Shown: positions 49,004 through 59,430, numbered from the stretch's first letter. The stretch: DNA of 64,000 nucleotides from an uncultured Candidatus Saccharibacteria bacterium (GCA_964469405.1 CAYXYP010000001.1:36782-100781); one strand, 5' to 3'. A program made the numbers and translations. Notes: generated by a model from the letters alone, not told the origin.

Positions 49004-49369
49004 ATGAAAGAGCTGACTAAAGAAGAGCACCACGTGATACGAGAAGGCGGCACAGAGGCCCGCTTCTCTGGCAAATACGTCAACAATCACGAAGCGGGTA
49101 TGTACACCTGTCGGGCCTGTGGCGCAACACTATTTAGCTCAGACGCGAAGTTTGATTCAGGTACTGGCTGGCCATCTTTCACTGATCCAGCAGTCGCTGA
49201 GAATGTGGGGACTCGTAGCGACGATACGCTTGGCATGCGCCGTACAGAAGTATTTTGTAAAAACTGCAATGGACATTTGGGGCATGTCTTTGAAGACGGT
49301 CCCGCCGAAAAGGGCGGGAAACGTTATTGTATTAATTCGGTTTGTCTCGATTTTGAAAAGAAAGATTAA
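49004..49369 (+). CDS. msrB: peptide-methionine (R)-S-oxide reductase MsrB
   Basis: CxxC...CxxC zinc site, 'HLGHVF', catalytic 'RYCINS'. Confidence 0.9.
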   Translation: MKELTKEEHHVIREGGTEARFSGKYVNNHEAGMYTCRACGATLFSSDAKFDSGTGWPSFTDPAVAENVGTRSDDTLGMRRTEVFCKNCNGHLGHVFEDGPAEKGGKRYCINSVCLDFEKKD

Positions 49370-49433
49370 GCTTGCTCCGAAAATGTGCTCATTTTCGGAG
49401 TGATTTTCGCTCCTTGGGTTACCAAGGAAAAAA

Positions 49434-49904
49434 TCAAATGTGGCAAACGACACGACCGGGATTCTTTTCGGCATAGCGCTGATGATATTCTTCTGCTTTC
49501 CAAAAAATACTCGCCGATTCGATCGAGGTTGCAATAGTTTTGGGTAAATACTGTGACGCAAGTTCTTTTTTCACTTTCTCAGCAATCTCTTTTTGTTCTT
49601 CAGAGTGACAGAAAATAACTGACCGATACTGTTCGCCCACATCCGGACCCTGTCGATTCATCTGCGTAGGATCATGGAGCGCAAAGAATTTCTTCACGAG
49701 CGTTTCGTACGATACTTTCTCGGGGTCGTATGAAATTTCGACCGCTTCGGCATGACCAGTGGTACCGTCACATACACGTTCGTAGGTGGGACTCTCAACA
49801 TGTCCTCCGGTATAACCCGATGTCGCATCTAGCACGCCCGGTACCGAAAGAAACGACGCTTCCACGCCCCAGAAACATCCTGCTGCAAACGTCGCTTTTC
49901 CCAT
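49434..49904 (-). CDS. msrA: peptide-methionine (S)-S-oxide reductase MsrA
   Basis: 'GCFWGVE' active-site motif. Confidence 0.9.
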   Translation of the reverse strand: MGKATFAAGCFWGVEASFLSVPGVLDATSGYTGGHVESPTYERVCDGTTGHAEAVEISYDPEKVSYETLVKKFFALHDPTQMNRQGPDVGEQYRSVIFCHSEEQKEIAEKVKKELASQYLPKTIATSIESASIFWKAEEYHQRYAEKNPGRVVCHI

Positions 49905-49919
49905 GTAATTATTATACGC

Positions 49920-50618
49920 CTACCGGAGAATCTTCCAGCGCTTATAGAGCGCAGCAGTAGCGAAAAGGTCACCGGCATTATAGTGCGCAATGTCGAGATA
50001 TTTTTTCTCTTTGTAGAGGGTGGCGACGTCGTCGCCGGTGGTGCCGGATGCTTTCGGACTTTGTATGCCGAGCGCGCGACAAAAAAGATGTAAACTCTTG
50101 CGGAAGCGCGCGGCGCCGTAAAACGTAAGTTGATCCATGAGATCGATATGTGTGACGCCTCTCTGCATCGAGAGGTAGCGATTACTCAGCAAGTCTCTCG
50201 TTGGCACGACGTTGTGTACCATCGAACGGATAGCGAGAAACGGCGCGTCGAAACCGCGACCATTGAATGAGACAAACTCCGTGCAGACGGCTGCGATTTT
50301 CCAGAATTGTTCGAGCATTGCCTTCTCATCCATTACTTCGTATTTGATGCCATTTCCCTCGCTTGCTTCTATAGTTGCGTCAGGAGCGGAGAAATATACG
50401 GCGCCTTTCTCTCGTTCAGTGTCATACACACCGATTGCAACAATAGAACCAGTCAAAGGAGAAAGTCCCATTCCCTCTTTTAATTCCTTCATCTCATACG
50501 CATACTCTTCGTCGTTCTTCGACGACTCACGCAAATACCATGAGAGGTTGTGCTGCGTCGTCTCGTCAAGAGCATCCCACTCCTCGCCGACTGTCTCTAT
50601 ATCAAATACAAGTGCCAT
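49920..50618 (-). CDS. predicted 3'-5' exonuclease (RNase H-like, DEDD type); start at internal Met (MALVFDIE)
   Basis: 'FDIET' Exo I motif near the N-terminus. Confidence 0.45.
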   Translation of the reverse strand: MALVFDIETVGEEWDALDETTQHNLSWYLRESSKNDEEYAYEMKELKEGMGLSPLTGSIVAIGVYDTEREKGAVYFSAPDATIEASEGNGIKYEVMDEKAMLEQFWKIAAVCTEFVSFNGRGFDAPFLAIRSMVHNVVPTRDLLSNRYLSMQRGVTHIDLMDQLTFYGAARFRKSLHLFCRALGIQSPKASGTTGDDVATLYKEKKYLDIAHYNAGDLFATAALYKRWKILR

Positions 50619-50641
50619 AAACACAGTATATACTGCACGGA

Positions 50642-51552
50642 TGAACGCAAAAATGATTCGAGCGATTGTTGCCCTCGTACTCACGCTCGCGGCAGGTGGT
50701 GCGGGATATGCGGCAGGCGGCAGTGAGATGGAGAGTACGGCCGTAAGCATTCCCGCACAAACCGTTTCGGCGCCAATCACGGGCACGACACGCGTCATTT
50801 ATAGTCTTGATTCGAAACAAAATGATCAAGAACTCATTGCTCTTATCAATGACGCAGAGGAGCACGTCTACTTTGCGATTTATACGTTCACCCTTCCCAA
50901 CATTGCTGATGCACTTGTCGAAGCGAAAAAACGCGGGGTTGATGTGAGAGGGATTGTGGACTCAAAACAAAGCAGTAATAGCTATGGCGCGCCCATTGTC
51001 GCTACAATGAGTGCTGCCGGCATTCCAATCGTGACCGAGAAGCATGCGACCGGAAATGGCATCATGCACATCAAACTCCTTGTGACAGAAAAAGCGTATG
51101 CGTTTGGCAGTTACAACTGGACCCGATCTGCGACAACTATCAACGATGAAATTCTTGAAATCGGTACTGACCCTCCGCTCCGACAGGCATATGAAAACAT
51201 ATTGAAACGACTGCTCGACGCCTACAAAGGCAACGCGGCCGCTAGCGCGGCCGCGCCTGTTTCTATCGGAACAATCGACTATACCGAAGCAGGCGCACAT
51301 ATCGGCGATCTTGCTTCAGTACGCGGTACTCTCATTGAGGCCTATACCTCCAAGAGTGGCACTGTCTTTCTTGATTTCTGTAAGAGCTACAAGAGCTGCC
51401 CGTTTTCTGGCGTTATCTTCGCCGATGACGCGAAGAAATTCGGGGACCTTTCTCGATATGTTGGCACCACTATCACCCTCACCGGAAAGATTTCATCGTA
51501 TCAGAGTAAAGCCGAGATAATCCTCTCCAACCCGAACCAGATTTCAAAATAA
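50642..51552 (+). CDS. secreted phospholipase-D-family nuclease (single HKD motif) with C-terminal OB-fold-like domain
   Basis: Signal peptide; 'MHIKLLV...GSYNWT' HxK(x)4D...GSxN motif of Nuc-like endonucleases. Start coordinate uncertain by ~1 nt. Confidence 0.6.
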
Positions 51553-51623
51553 TCCTCCAGAACAGAGCCCTTTAAGGAACTTGCTCTGTCTACCCTTTTC
51601 ATGCTATATTATCAGCACTTCCA

Positions 51624-52184
51624 GTGGCTACTGACCGACTTCGTATAAATAATGAGATCCGCGCGCAAGAATTGCGCGTTATTAGTAACGATGGAGGAAA
51701 TTTAGGTGTCCTCACGCTCGATGCGGCGCTCGCAGCGGCGAAGCTGGCAGGGCTTGATCTCATCGAAATTTCTCCCTCGGCCGTCCCGCCCATTGCGAAG
51801 ATCATGGATTATGGTAAATTCGAGTACGAGCGTAGCAAGAAGGAAAAGGTAGCAAAAGCCAAGGTCAAAGTGTCCGAAACCAAGGAAGTCCAGATCAAGG
51901 TAGGCACGGGCGACCATGATATGGGACTTAAGGCGAAAAAGGCGGCCGAATGGATGGCTGAAGGCCATCGAGTACGCGCCGAGCTCTTTCTCAAAGGCCG
52001 CTACAAGGGCATGGAGGAGGCATTCCTAAAGGAACGCCTCGAGAGGTTTCTCAAGCTCATTCCCTATGCCTATAAGATCGCTGAGCCGGTCGCAAGAAGC
52101 CCAAAGGGCTTCGCCGGAGTCATCGAGCGAGACCTTATAGCCCAGGCGAAACGCGAAAAGGAAGCAAAAACAGCCAGCAAGTGA
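51624..52184 (+). CDS. infC: translation initiation factor IF-3 (non-AUG, GTG/ATT-type start)
   Basis: 'INNEIRAQELRVI...IEISP...AKIMDYGKFEYE' matches IF3 N- and C-domains. Confidence 0.9.
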   Translation: MATDRLRINNEIRAQELRVISNDGGNLGVLTLDAALAAAKLAGLDLIEISPSAVPPIAKIMDYGKFEYERSKKEKVAKAKVKVSETKEVQIKVGTGDHDMGLKAKKAAEWMAEGHRVRAELFLKGRYKGMEEAFLKERLERFLKLIPYAYKIAEPVARSPKGFAGVIERDLIAQAKREKEAKTASK

Positions 52185-52202
52185 CCCTGCTGAATCAACC
52201 AC

Positions 52203-52394
52203 ATGAAAACCAACAAATCATATTCAAAAAGAATCCGTGTAACACGCAATGGTAAACTCATGGCGCGTGCGAAAGGACAAAACCATTTCAATGCAAAGGC
52301 AAGTGGTTCCGAGCGTAGCGGCAAGCGTCGCCCGGTCGAGATCAACCTGTCAGTGAAGGTCCGCCGACGCTTTCTTCCAGGCACTGGTGCGTAA
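52203..52394 (+). CDS. rpmI: ribosomal protein L35
   Basis: Small basic protein following infC. Confidence 0.8.
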   Translation: MKTNKSYSKRIRVTRNGKLMARAKGQNHFNAKASGSERSGKRRPVEINLSVKVRRRFLPGTGA

Positions 52395-52420
52395 TTAATT
52401 TAGCTTGTAACCATTTCAGT

Positions 52421-52768
52421 ATGACAAGAATCAAAGGAGGAGTAATGGCGCAGAAGCGCCGCAAGAATGTTCTCGAACGAGCCAAGGGCTATCGTGGCGT
52501 ACGCTCTAAGAAGGAGCGCTATGCTCATGAGGCGCTCATGCGCGCAGGACGCTATGCGTTTGCCCACCGTCGCGACAAGAAAACCGACTTCCGCCAGATC
52601 TGGATTGTCCGATTGAATGCCGCTGTCCGCGAGAACGGCCACAAATCATACAGCACGTTCATTGCGAAGCTTAAGAAGACTGGTTTTGCCCTCGACCGAA
52701 AAGTCCTCGCGCAATTCGCCTCTGAACACCCGGAAGTTTTCACCCGCATCGCCAAACAAGTCGTCTAA
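52421..52768 (+). CDS. rplT: ribosomal protein L20
   Basis: 'MTRIKGGV...AKGYRG...' L20 signature. Confidence 0.9.
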   Translation: MTRIKGGVMAQKRRKNVLERAKGYRGVRSKKERYAHEALMRAGRYAFAHRRDKKTDFRQIWIVRLNAAVRENGHKSYSTFIAKLKKTGFALDRKVLAQFASEHPEVFTRIAKQVV

Positions 52769-52770
52769 CA

Positions 52771-52806
52771 AAACTAAAACCGCCCTTTCGGGGCGGTTTT
52801 AGTTTC
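52771..52806. terminator. bidirectional rho-independent terminator
   Basis: 'AAAACTAAAACCGCCC-tttc-GGGGCGGTTTTAGTTT'. Confidence 0.85.
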
Positions 52807-52811
52807 AGAAT

Positions 52812-53036
52812 TTATTTTTCACTCAGATATTTAAATCGTGGAATTCGTTTCCCTTCAAATTCTACTTCTTCTAGAAACATCGTGAGAGGTCTCACCCAAA
52901 GTTTCGACATCTCGTTTTCATAAAGTGCTTCATACACGACCATATCTTCCAACGTCTCACTATGCTTCGCCATGCCGATTACTCGATACTTCTTACCACT
53001 TTTATAGTGCTCGTATATACCCGGTTTTAAATCCAT
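52812..53036 (-). CDS. DUF1653-like small protein
   Basis: 'GIYEHYKSGKKYRV...HSETLEDMVVYEALY...WVRPLTMF' pattern. Confidence 0.5.
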   Translation of the reverse strand: MDLKPGIYEHYKSGKKYRVIGMAKHSETLEDMVVYEALYENEMSKLWVRPLTMFLEEVEFEGKRIPRFKYLSEK

Positions 53037-53042
53037 AAAAAT

Positions 53043-53291
53043 TCAAGAGACAAAAACTTTATCAATTTCCTCCGCAAGCCCTCGATCTTTAACAGTTACC
53101 GTACTGCCACTATCGTGAGTGGTGGTTGAGATGCATACTTTTTTGTAATCTTTAAGACAGATGTTCGGATGGTGCTGCGTACGTTCAGCTATCTCCCCTA
53201 TCCTATTTACAAACACAAGTGCTTCCTTAAAATCTTTGAATTCGAAAATCTTTTGTAGGGTATTATCTACTTCACTCCATTCATTTTCCAT
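53043..53291 (-). CDS. pterin-4a-carbinolamine dehydratase (PCD/DCoH)
   Basis: 'EHHP' active-site motif ('TQHHPNI'). Confidence 0.7.
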   Translation of the reverse strand: MENEWSEVDNTLQKIFEFKDFKEALVFVNRIGEIAERTQHHPNICLKDYKKVCISTTTHDSGSTVTVKDRGLAEEIDKVFVS

Positions 53292-53318
53292 AACTGAAGT
53301 ATAGCAACCTGAATATAA

Positions 53319-54710
53319 CTAGACTTTTTTGACTGTGTCTTTCGTGATCTCCCATGTCTGCCCTAGCTCGGGGACGATAGCGCGAGCGCCAAGATAGTCG
53401 TGAATGCGCTGCGCGAGGAATCGCTCAGCCTTTGGTTCGCCGATGGCGGTGAAAATGACTTTGGGACGTTGTTCAGACAGTGCTGCTTCCGCGAATTTGA
53501 GCAGCTCGTCGCGATCGGCATGAGCTGACCATCCTTCGAGTTTTTCTATCTTTGCTTTTATTTTTATTTCGTCACCGCCAAGACGTACCGAAGACGCACC
53601 CTCTACTATGCGTCGACCCGGCGTGCCGGGCGCCTGATAGCCGACGATAAAGAGTGTCGTTGTCGGGTCAGGTAAATAGCGCTTCTCCCATCCGCCAATC
53701 CGGCCGCCATGGCTCATTCCCGCTCCGGCGATGATGATCTTTGGTCCAGGCACTTTTTCTATCGCCATCGACTCGTTACGTGAGGGAGTCTGTTTTAAAA
53801 ATGGAAATTCGAAAATACTTCCCTCTCGCTTCATCTCATCTTCAGTTTCGGGCTTAAAGTACGTAAGGCCCCATTTCTCGTAGACTGCAGTCACCTTGAT
53901 TGCAAGCGGTGAGTCCAGAAACACCGGAATTTTCGGAAGAGACCCGTCCGAGAAAAAATTCGAAAGTTCATAGAGCATGAGCTGCGTACGCTCAAGTGAG
54001 AACGCAGGGATAAGAATAGTGCCCCCTCGTCTAATCGCGAGTTGTAGTTTCCCTTTAAGCAACATATCTCGCGTCGCTCTCTGCGGATGGAGCCGATCGC
54101 CATAGACGCTTTCCATAACAAGTGCATCTGCATCCGGCACTGGCTCCCAATTAGGTAAGAGAGGCGAGGGCGAATTACCGATGTCGCCCGTGAGAGCGAT
54201 AGTGACACCCTCTTCATCTTTTATCCGTACACTCGCCGAACCGAGGATGTGACCGATATTCCGCAGATACGCCGAAAGCCCTGGCGCAATTTCTTTCTCT
54301 GTATGATAGTCCAATGTTTCAATGAACGAAAAGGTTCTATCGACATCCTGCTCTTCGTAGAGCGGTGCTTTATTATGCCGACGCGCCTCGTCATAAAGAA
54401 TACCGACCGAGTCACGCAAAATAAGCTCGGCGAGATCTTTTGTCGGCGGCGTCATATATATCTTCCCGCGGAAGCCATCGCGTACGAGCTTTGGAATGCG
54501 ACCGACATGGTCCAAATGCGCATGCGTGAGAACAAGAGCATCAATTTTCGTGACATCGTAGGGAAACGGTTCATAGATATGTCCTTCAACAAAATCAGCA
54601 CCTTGCTCAATGCCACAATCAACAAGGACTTTCCCACGAGCGCCTTCAATTAAAAAATTGGAGCCGGTCACCTTCCCTGCCCCACCATAGAAACTGAGTC
54701 GCAATGACAT
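53319..54710 (-). CDS. MBL-fold beta-CASP RNA-metabolising hydrolase (RNase J/CPSF-like)
   Basis: 'LTHAHLDHVG' motif; beta-CASP region; start at internal Met (MSLRLSFYGG). Confidence 0.7.
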   Translation of the reverse strand: MSLRLSFYGGAGKVTGSNFLIEGARGKVLVDCGIEQGADFVEGHIYEPFPYDVTKIDALVLTHAHLDHVGRIPKLVRDGFRGKIYMTPPTKDLAELILRDSVGILYDEARRHNKAPLYEEQDVDRTFSFIETLDYHTEKEIAPGLSAYLRNIGHILGSASVRIKDEEGVTIALTGDIGNSPSPLLPNWEPVPDADALVMESVYGDRLHPQRATRDMLLKGKLQLAIRRGGTILIPAFSLERTQLMLYELSNFFSDGSLPKIPVFLDSPLAIKVTAVYEKWGLTYFKPETEDEMKREGSIFEFPFLKQTPSRNESMAIEKVPGPKIIIAGAGMSHGGRIGGWEKRYLPDPTTTLFIVGYQAPGTPGRRIVEGASSVRLGGDEIKIKAKIEKLEGWSAHADRDELLKFAEAALSEQRPKVIFTAIGEPKAERFLAQRIHDYLGARAIVPELGQTWEITKDTVKKV

Positions 54711-54736
54711 GCATGAAATGTAGCATACGCAGGACG

Positions 54737-54770
54737 CGAAAAACCGCTCTTCACAGAGCGGTTTTTCGCG
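54737..54770. terminator. bidirectional terminator hairpin
   Basis: 'CGAAAAACCGCTCTTCACAGAGCGGTTTTTCG'. Confidence 0.8.
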
Positions 54771-54957
54771 GAGCCGTCCTCTTAAGCAACTTAATCTTGC
54801 CAGGTGGGTGCCCGAATGGCAGCTTTCGGATTTCCTCGCGGAATTCACCAAACTGCCTGAATGCTAAGCTCCCAAAAATAAGGCAAGTTGCGTTTTTAAG
54901 AACAGCTCCACTTGTAACTATACACCCGATTTTTTTGTTGGAGTACCAACGAGTAAA

Positions 54958-54990
54958 AATCGTGCCTGAAATGAGCACATTTCAGGCCGT
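54958..54990 (-). terminator. terminator downstream of ndk
   Basis: 'GCCTGAAATGAGCACATTTCAGGC' hairpin; T-run on the minus strand. Confidence 0.6.
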
Positions 54991-55020
54991 ATTTTATAAA
55001 ATGACCCTGTGGAGAACTAC

Positions 55021-55626
55021 CTAACTGAGTATGTCCCTCATGTCCGCGTTATAGAGAGTAGCCTCGTGCGGCACGCGATATTTCATTATTTCGGCAGGCT
55101 TAAACCAGTGCGGAATTTCTTTTTCTGCTTCGGGAACTGAGCCAGACGCATGTATGAGATTACGAATAGCGCGAGTATCAGTATCCGCCATTTGATATGA
55201 ATCGAGGACGAAATCTCCGCGAATTGTACCTACGTTCGCGCTTCGAGGCTCGGTGCTTCCCGTAATCTTTCGTACCAGCTCAACCGCATGACCGCCCTCC
55301 CAGATCATTGCGATGACAGGTCCGCTCGACATATATTTCTTCAAACTCACGACGACGCTGTCCGCTACTTCGATTGGATCAGACGAAGGTGGTTTTTCTC
55401 CCTTTTTCACATAGCTTGCGATGGCCTTCTCACCGACGGCCTTTTTCCAATTTGGATCGAGAAGATAATGCTCCTCAATCATCTCCTCCGTCGGGATAAT
55501 CATTTTGATCGCGACAAGCTTGAGTCCGGTACGCTCATAGCGCTTGATGATCTCCCCAATAAGCGCACGCTGGATGCCGTCAGGCTTGACTATAACGAGT
55601 GTTCTTTCTGTTTTAGGATGTGCCAT
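55021..55626 (-). CDS. ndk: nucleoside diphosphate kinase with internal insertions (201 aa)
   Basis: 'LVIVKPDGIQR', 'GTIRGDF', catalytic His region; ~50 extra residues versus canonical ~140-aa NDK. Confidence 0.75.
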   Translation of the reverse strand: MAHPKTERTLVIVKPDGIQRALIGEIIKRYERTGLKLVAIKMIIPTEEMIEEHYLLDPNWKKAVGEKAIASYVKKGEKPPSSDPIEVADSVVVSLKKYMSSGPVIAMIWEGGHAVELVRKITGSTEPRSANVGTIRGDFVLDSYQMADTDTRAIRNLIHASGSVPEAEKEIPHWFKPAEIMKYRVPHEATLYNADMRDILS

Positions 55627-55674
55627 GTTTTAAAAATTAATCAGCCGATTGATTGAAGGACGTGTCCACGGCAA

Positions 55675-56439
55675 TCATGCGGTAATGATACGCGCTCCTC
55701 CCTTTTCAATCAATATCGTGTGTTCGAAATGGGCGGAGCGGGAACCATCCTTAGTTCTATATGTATAACCATCCGGAGCAAGAACTACGGACGCTTTCCC
55801 TGCGGCCGAAATGGGCTCCAGAGCAAGCACCATACCCTCGAAGAGCAATTCTCCTTCTCTTGGTTTACCAAAATTTGGAATGAAGGGCTCCTCGTGAACA
55901 AGGTCACCGACCCCATGTCCTCCGAGCTCCTTCACCACCTTAAAGCCCGCGCTCTCAATCTCTTTTTGAATGGCCGAGGAAATGTCGCCGATATGGTTCC
56001 CCGGAATAGCCTGCGCAATACCTGCCGTAAGTGCAACCTCCGTTGCAGCAACAAGCTTCTTCGTATCCTCGCTTATCTGCCCTACTGGCACGGTGATGGC
56101 GGCATCAACAATAACGCCCTTATGAGTAAGCCCGAGATCGAGACCGACGATATCACCCTCTTTCAGGATTTTCACCGATTCATTCGGGATACCATGCACA
56201 ACCTCATCGTTTATTGAGACACAGAGCGTCGCAGGGTAGGGTCGCCCTGCACCCTCAGGCGTATAGCCAAGGAAACATGGTTCATCGCCACCATCGCGAA
56301 TCATGTGTTCCGCAAAGTCATCGAGCTCTTCGGCCGAGACACCCGGAGCAACTTTGGCACGCAGCGCCCCAAGCACAGCCGCGAGACGCTTCCCTGCTTC
56401 AATGAGATTACCCCGCTCAACGTCGTTTTTGATCGTCAT
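55675..56439 (-). CDS. map: methionine aminopeptidase type I
   Basis: Conserved metal ligands (D, D, H, E, E); 'HGIPN' motif. Confidence 0.9.
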   Translation of the reverse strand: MTIKNDVERGNLIEAGKRLAAVLGALRAKVAPGVSAEELDDFAEHMIRDGGDEPCFLGYTPEGAGRPYPATLCVSINDEVVHGIPNESVKILKEGDIVGLDLGLTHKGVIVDAAITVPVGQISEDTKKLVAATEVALTAGIAQAIPGNHIGDISSAIQKEIESAGFKVVKELGGHGVGDLVHEEPFIPNFGKPREGELLFEGMVLALEPISAAGKASVVLAPDGYTYRTKDGSRSAHFEHTILIEKGGARIITA

Positions 56440-57002
56440 TTTATATCGAGTGCTGCACGAATATCTTCAGCAATCCGTTCTGGCGGTTGTTCGCCATTTA
56501 TCTCGATAAGCGTACCGGCTTTACGAAACACTTCAATCGCCGGCTCGGTATACTCACGGTATTCTTTCAATCGCTCACCAACGACTGAATCATCGGCGCG
56601 TCCTTCTATTTTTTTGCGGCCAGCAAGACGACGATTGACTTCTTCGTCGGACACTTGAATATCAAAAATGAAAAAAGGACGATTAAGCCACCGAAGAGAG
56701 TCAATGACAAGTTCGGCTTCAGGCACCTTGCGGTTGAAACCATCGAAGATGGCTCCAGAATCCCCCGCAATCGAGAAGAGTGACTTCAGATAGAGATACA
56801 TCGCGAACCAATGTGGAGCGAGCATTCCGGCATCATTTTCTATCTTCACTTTCCGACCAACGGGCGTATCATTCTGCGAAATCTCACGGAAGAGCTTCCC
56901 TGAGGCGAATACAGGCCAACCGGTATGTTCTGCAAGCAGCTTTGCCTGAGTACCCTTCCCGCATCCTGGCTTCCCGATGAAGAAAATGGTGTGTGTTTCC
57001 AT
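56436..57002 (-). CDS. adk: adenylate kinase
   Basis: P-loop 'GKPGCGKGTQ'. Confidence 0.9.
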   Translation of the reverse strand: METHTIFFIGKPGCGKGTQAKLLAEHTGWPVFASGKLFREISQNDTPVGRKVKIENDAGMLAPHWFAMYLYLKSLFSIAGDSGAIFDGFNRKVPEAELVIDSLRWLNRPFFIFDIQVSDEEVNRRLAGRKKIEGRADDSVVGERLKEYREYTEPAIEVFRKAGTLIEINGEQPPERIAEDIRAALDIK

Positions 57003-57020
57003 TTACCTATTTTAGCACTT

Positions 57021-58292
57021 TTAGTATTCGCGAAGCGAAACTTGTGCGTCGATTTTGCGAGCGAGGTCGAGAGCGACCTGTACGGCAATAAGAAGCGCCG
57101 TGCCACCGAGCACGATCGTCGTAATGCCGGTGAGCCCTTGGATAATCGAAGGAGACACCGCAATAAGACCGAGGAAGAAGGCCCCCGGAAGAGTGATGCG
57201 ATTCACCACCTTGCCTATGTATTCTTCTGTCTCGCGACCTGGGCGCACACCTGGAACAAAGGCGCCCGTCTTCTGGAGGTTCTCTGCGACGCGGTGAGGC
57301 TCAAAAGTGACGGCGGTATAGAAATACGTGAACAACACCACGAGGAAGAAGTACACTGAACCATACCCCCATGGATTAGAGAGGAATGCCGTGTACCAGA
57401 GAGCCGCGCTTGACGCGAAAGGGACATGCAACGCTCCAATCATCGAAAGTGCCATTTGCGGAAGGAGCAGAAGTGAGAGTGCAAAGATAATAGGAATGAC
57501 GCCCGCTTGCAGAAGACGGATAGGGAGATAGGTCGCGGCGCCTTGTGAGAGCGCCGTACCACGCACTGCCCTAGCATAGGCAATCGGTATAGAGCGTTCG
57601 GCATCGGATACAACTACTACCGCATACATCATTGCGACAGCAAGAATGGTAAATGCGAGGAAGCTAGGAATATCTGCCGCCGTTGCAGCGAAAATGGCTT
57701 GCGAAATACTTGCAGGAATACTTGCAAGAATTCCTGCAAGGATGATGAGTGAAATTCCGTTTCCAATACCAAATTCCGTTACGAGCTCGCCGATCCACAT
57801 AAGGAGCAAGGAGCCCGCAGTCACTACCGCAATATTCGCAATAAGCGATACGGTGCCCAAATGCGCTATGATGCCCTGATTTTCGAGAAGCGACAAAAAA
57901 GCAAAAGCCTGTAAAACGCTAATGGGGATAGTGAGAAGACGGCTCCACTGCACAAATTTTGCACGGCCCGCTTCACCTTCTTCATGATACGCTCGTTTCA
58001 CTTGAGGAAAGATGATGGTACCGAGCTGCATAATGATGGAAGCCGTAATAAACGGACCTACACCGAGCATGACAATCGAAAGTTGTGAAAGTCCTCCGCC
58101 TGAAAATATATTGAGAAGACCGAGAAACTGATTGTTCGCAAAAAATGCTGCGAGCGCAGTCTTGTCGACACCAGGAATTGGTATTGACGCAAGAAGACGG
58201 AAAACTGCGAGCGCGCCAATAAGAAAGAGTATGCGGAAACGAATTTCAGGATCACCGAACGCGAGTTTTAATTTGTGAATGAAAGAATTAAG
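57021..58292 (-). CDS. secY: preprotein translocase subunit SecY
   Basis: 10-TM SecY; start at internal Met (MLNSFIHKL) adjacent to the rplO stop. Confidence 0.9.
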   Translation of the reverse strand, partial: LNSFIHKLKLAFGDPEIRFRILFLIGALAVFRLLASIPIPGVDKTALAAFFANNQFLGLLNIFSGGGLSQLSIVMLGVGPFITASIIMQLGTIIFPQVKRAYHEEGEAGRAKFVQWSRLLTIPISVLQAFAFLSLLENQGIIAHLGTVSLIANIAVVTAGSLLLMWIGELVTEFGIGNGISLIILAGILASIPASISQAIFAATAADIPSFLAFTILAVAMMYAVVVVSDAERSIPIAYARAVRGTALSQGAATYLPIRLLQAGVIPIIFALSLLLLPQMALSMIGALHVPFASSAALWYTAFLSNPWGYGSVYFFLVVLFTYFYTAVTFEPHRVAENLQKTGAFVPGVRPGRETEEYIGKVVNRITLPGAFFLGLIAVSPSIIQGLTGITTIVLGGTALLIAVQVALDLARKIDAQVSLREY

Positions 58293-58737
58293 CATGAATT
58301 GTGCCGCCAGCCGCAAGAAGCGCGGTGCGAGCGACAGTAGATAAGGTACATCCTTCGACAACGAGAGCTTTTGCAATAGATCCCGCGCCCAAAATCTTTA
58401 CCACCGGTACGCGCCCTTTCGCACGACGCACCAAATCCTTCGCAAGAAGTGTTGCTGGAGACACTGTTTCGCCAGATTTGTATACCGCTTCAATTGCGGA
58501 GAGATTCACAACCGAGACGGGGATACGATTCGTCCGAACGGTACGTGCACGATTCTTGCCATGGCCCCGAAGCTTGGGAAGCTTTTTAATGAGATCGCGA
58601 GACTCAGGACGAATCTTGTGTCCGGCACGAGCAGTCTGCCCTTTTCCGCCACGACCTGAGGTCTTGCCGCGCTTCCCACCGCGCCCAACAGGTGGATTTT
58701 TTCTATTCTTGGTACGAGGAGAGAATGAATGGAGTTG
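58288..58737 (-). CDS. rplO: ribosomal protein L15
   Basis: Gly/Arg-rich 'GRGGKRGKTSGRGGKGQ' N-terminus; directly follows rpsE with no L30 gene. Confidence 0.85.
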   Translation of the reverse strand, partial: QLHSFSPRTKNRKNPPVGRGGKRGKTSGRGGKGQTARAGHKIRPESRDLIKKLPKLRGHGKNRARTVRTNRIPVSVVNLSAIEAVYKSGETVSPATLLAKDLVRRAKGRVPVVKILGAGSIAKALVVEGCTLSTVARTALLAAGGTIHA

Positions 58738-58750
58738 CATACGTAAAAAA

Positions 58751-59425
58751 TTATTTTGTGCGCAATTTCCTAAGAGCCGCAACTGTTGCACGTGCGATGG
58801 TGAGCTTGTTCTTGGAACGTGTGTGAATTTTGGTCACGACATCAGTCACACCAGCAAGATCGAGCACCGTACGCACTGCCGAACCAGCGACGAGACCGCG
58901 CCCTTCCGAAGGAATGATCTCGATGGTGGATGAGGCGTATTTCATACTGACCTGGTGCGGAATCGATCCAGACGCCGTGCGTGGAACCGTGAAAAGATGC
59001 TTTTTCGCATCACGCGTTGCCTTATCTATAGAAAGCGCAGTGTCGACACCTTTCCCGAGACCGACGCCGACACGACCTTTCCGGTCGCCAATAACTACCA
59101 CGAGACTGAAATTGAAACGGCGGCCGCCGGCCATCACGCGTGCTACGCGCCTGGCATCTATCGTGACCTGTTCGAACTCTCCGCGTTCGCGTGGAGGACG
59201 TGCGCGACCACCTGCGCGTGGTGCACGACCACGCAAAGATCCTCGACCACCTGCGCGCGCGGAAGGAGCGCTTGCGGACACGGCTGCTCCTGCATCTGGT
59301 GCTCCGGTAGTAAGATCGGTTTGGGCAATTGCCTCAGATGTTGCCGACGCATCTTCTGTAACGATAGTCTCTACCGGTACACCTTCCACTTCCTGTATCG
59401 TTTCTTTTTCCATCGGTGTAGTCAT
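58751..59425 (-). CDS. rpsE: ribosomal protein S5 with ~80-aa low-complexity N-terminal extension
   Basis: S5 dsRBD + C-domain ('GRRFNFSLVVVIGDRKGRVGVGLGK'). Confidence 0.9.
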   Translation of the reverse strand: MTTPMEKETIQEVEGVPVETIVTEDASATSEAIAQTDLTTGAPDAGAAVSASAPSARAGGRGSLRGRAPRAGGRARPPRERGEFEQVTIDARRVARVMAGGRRFNFSLVVVIGDRKGRVGVGLGKGVDTALSIDKATRDAKKHLFTVPRTASGSIPHQVSMKYASSTIEIIPSEGRGLVAGSAVRTVLDLAGVTDVVTKIHTRSKNKLTIARATVAALRKLRTK

Positions 59426-59430
59426 GAGTA

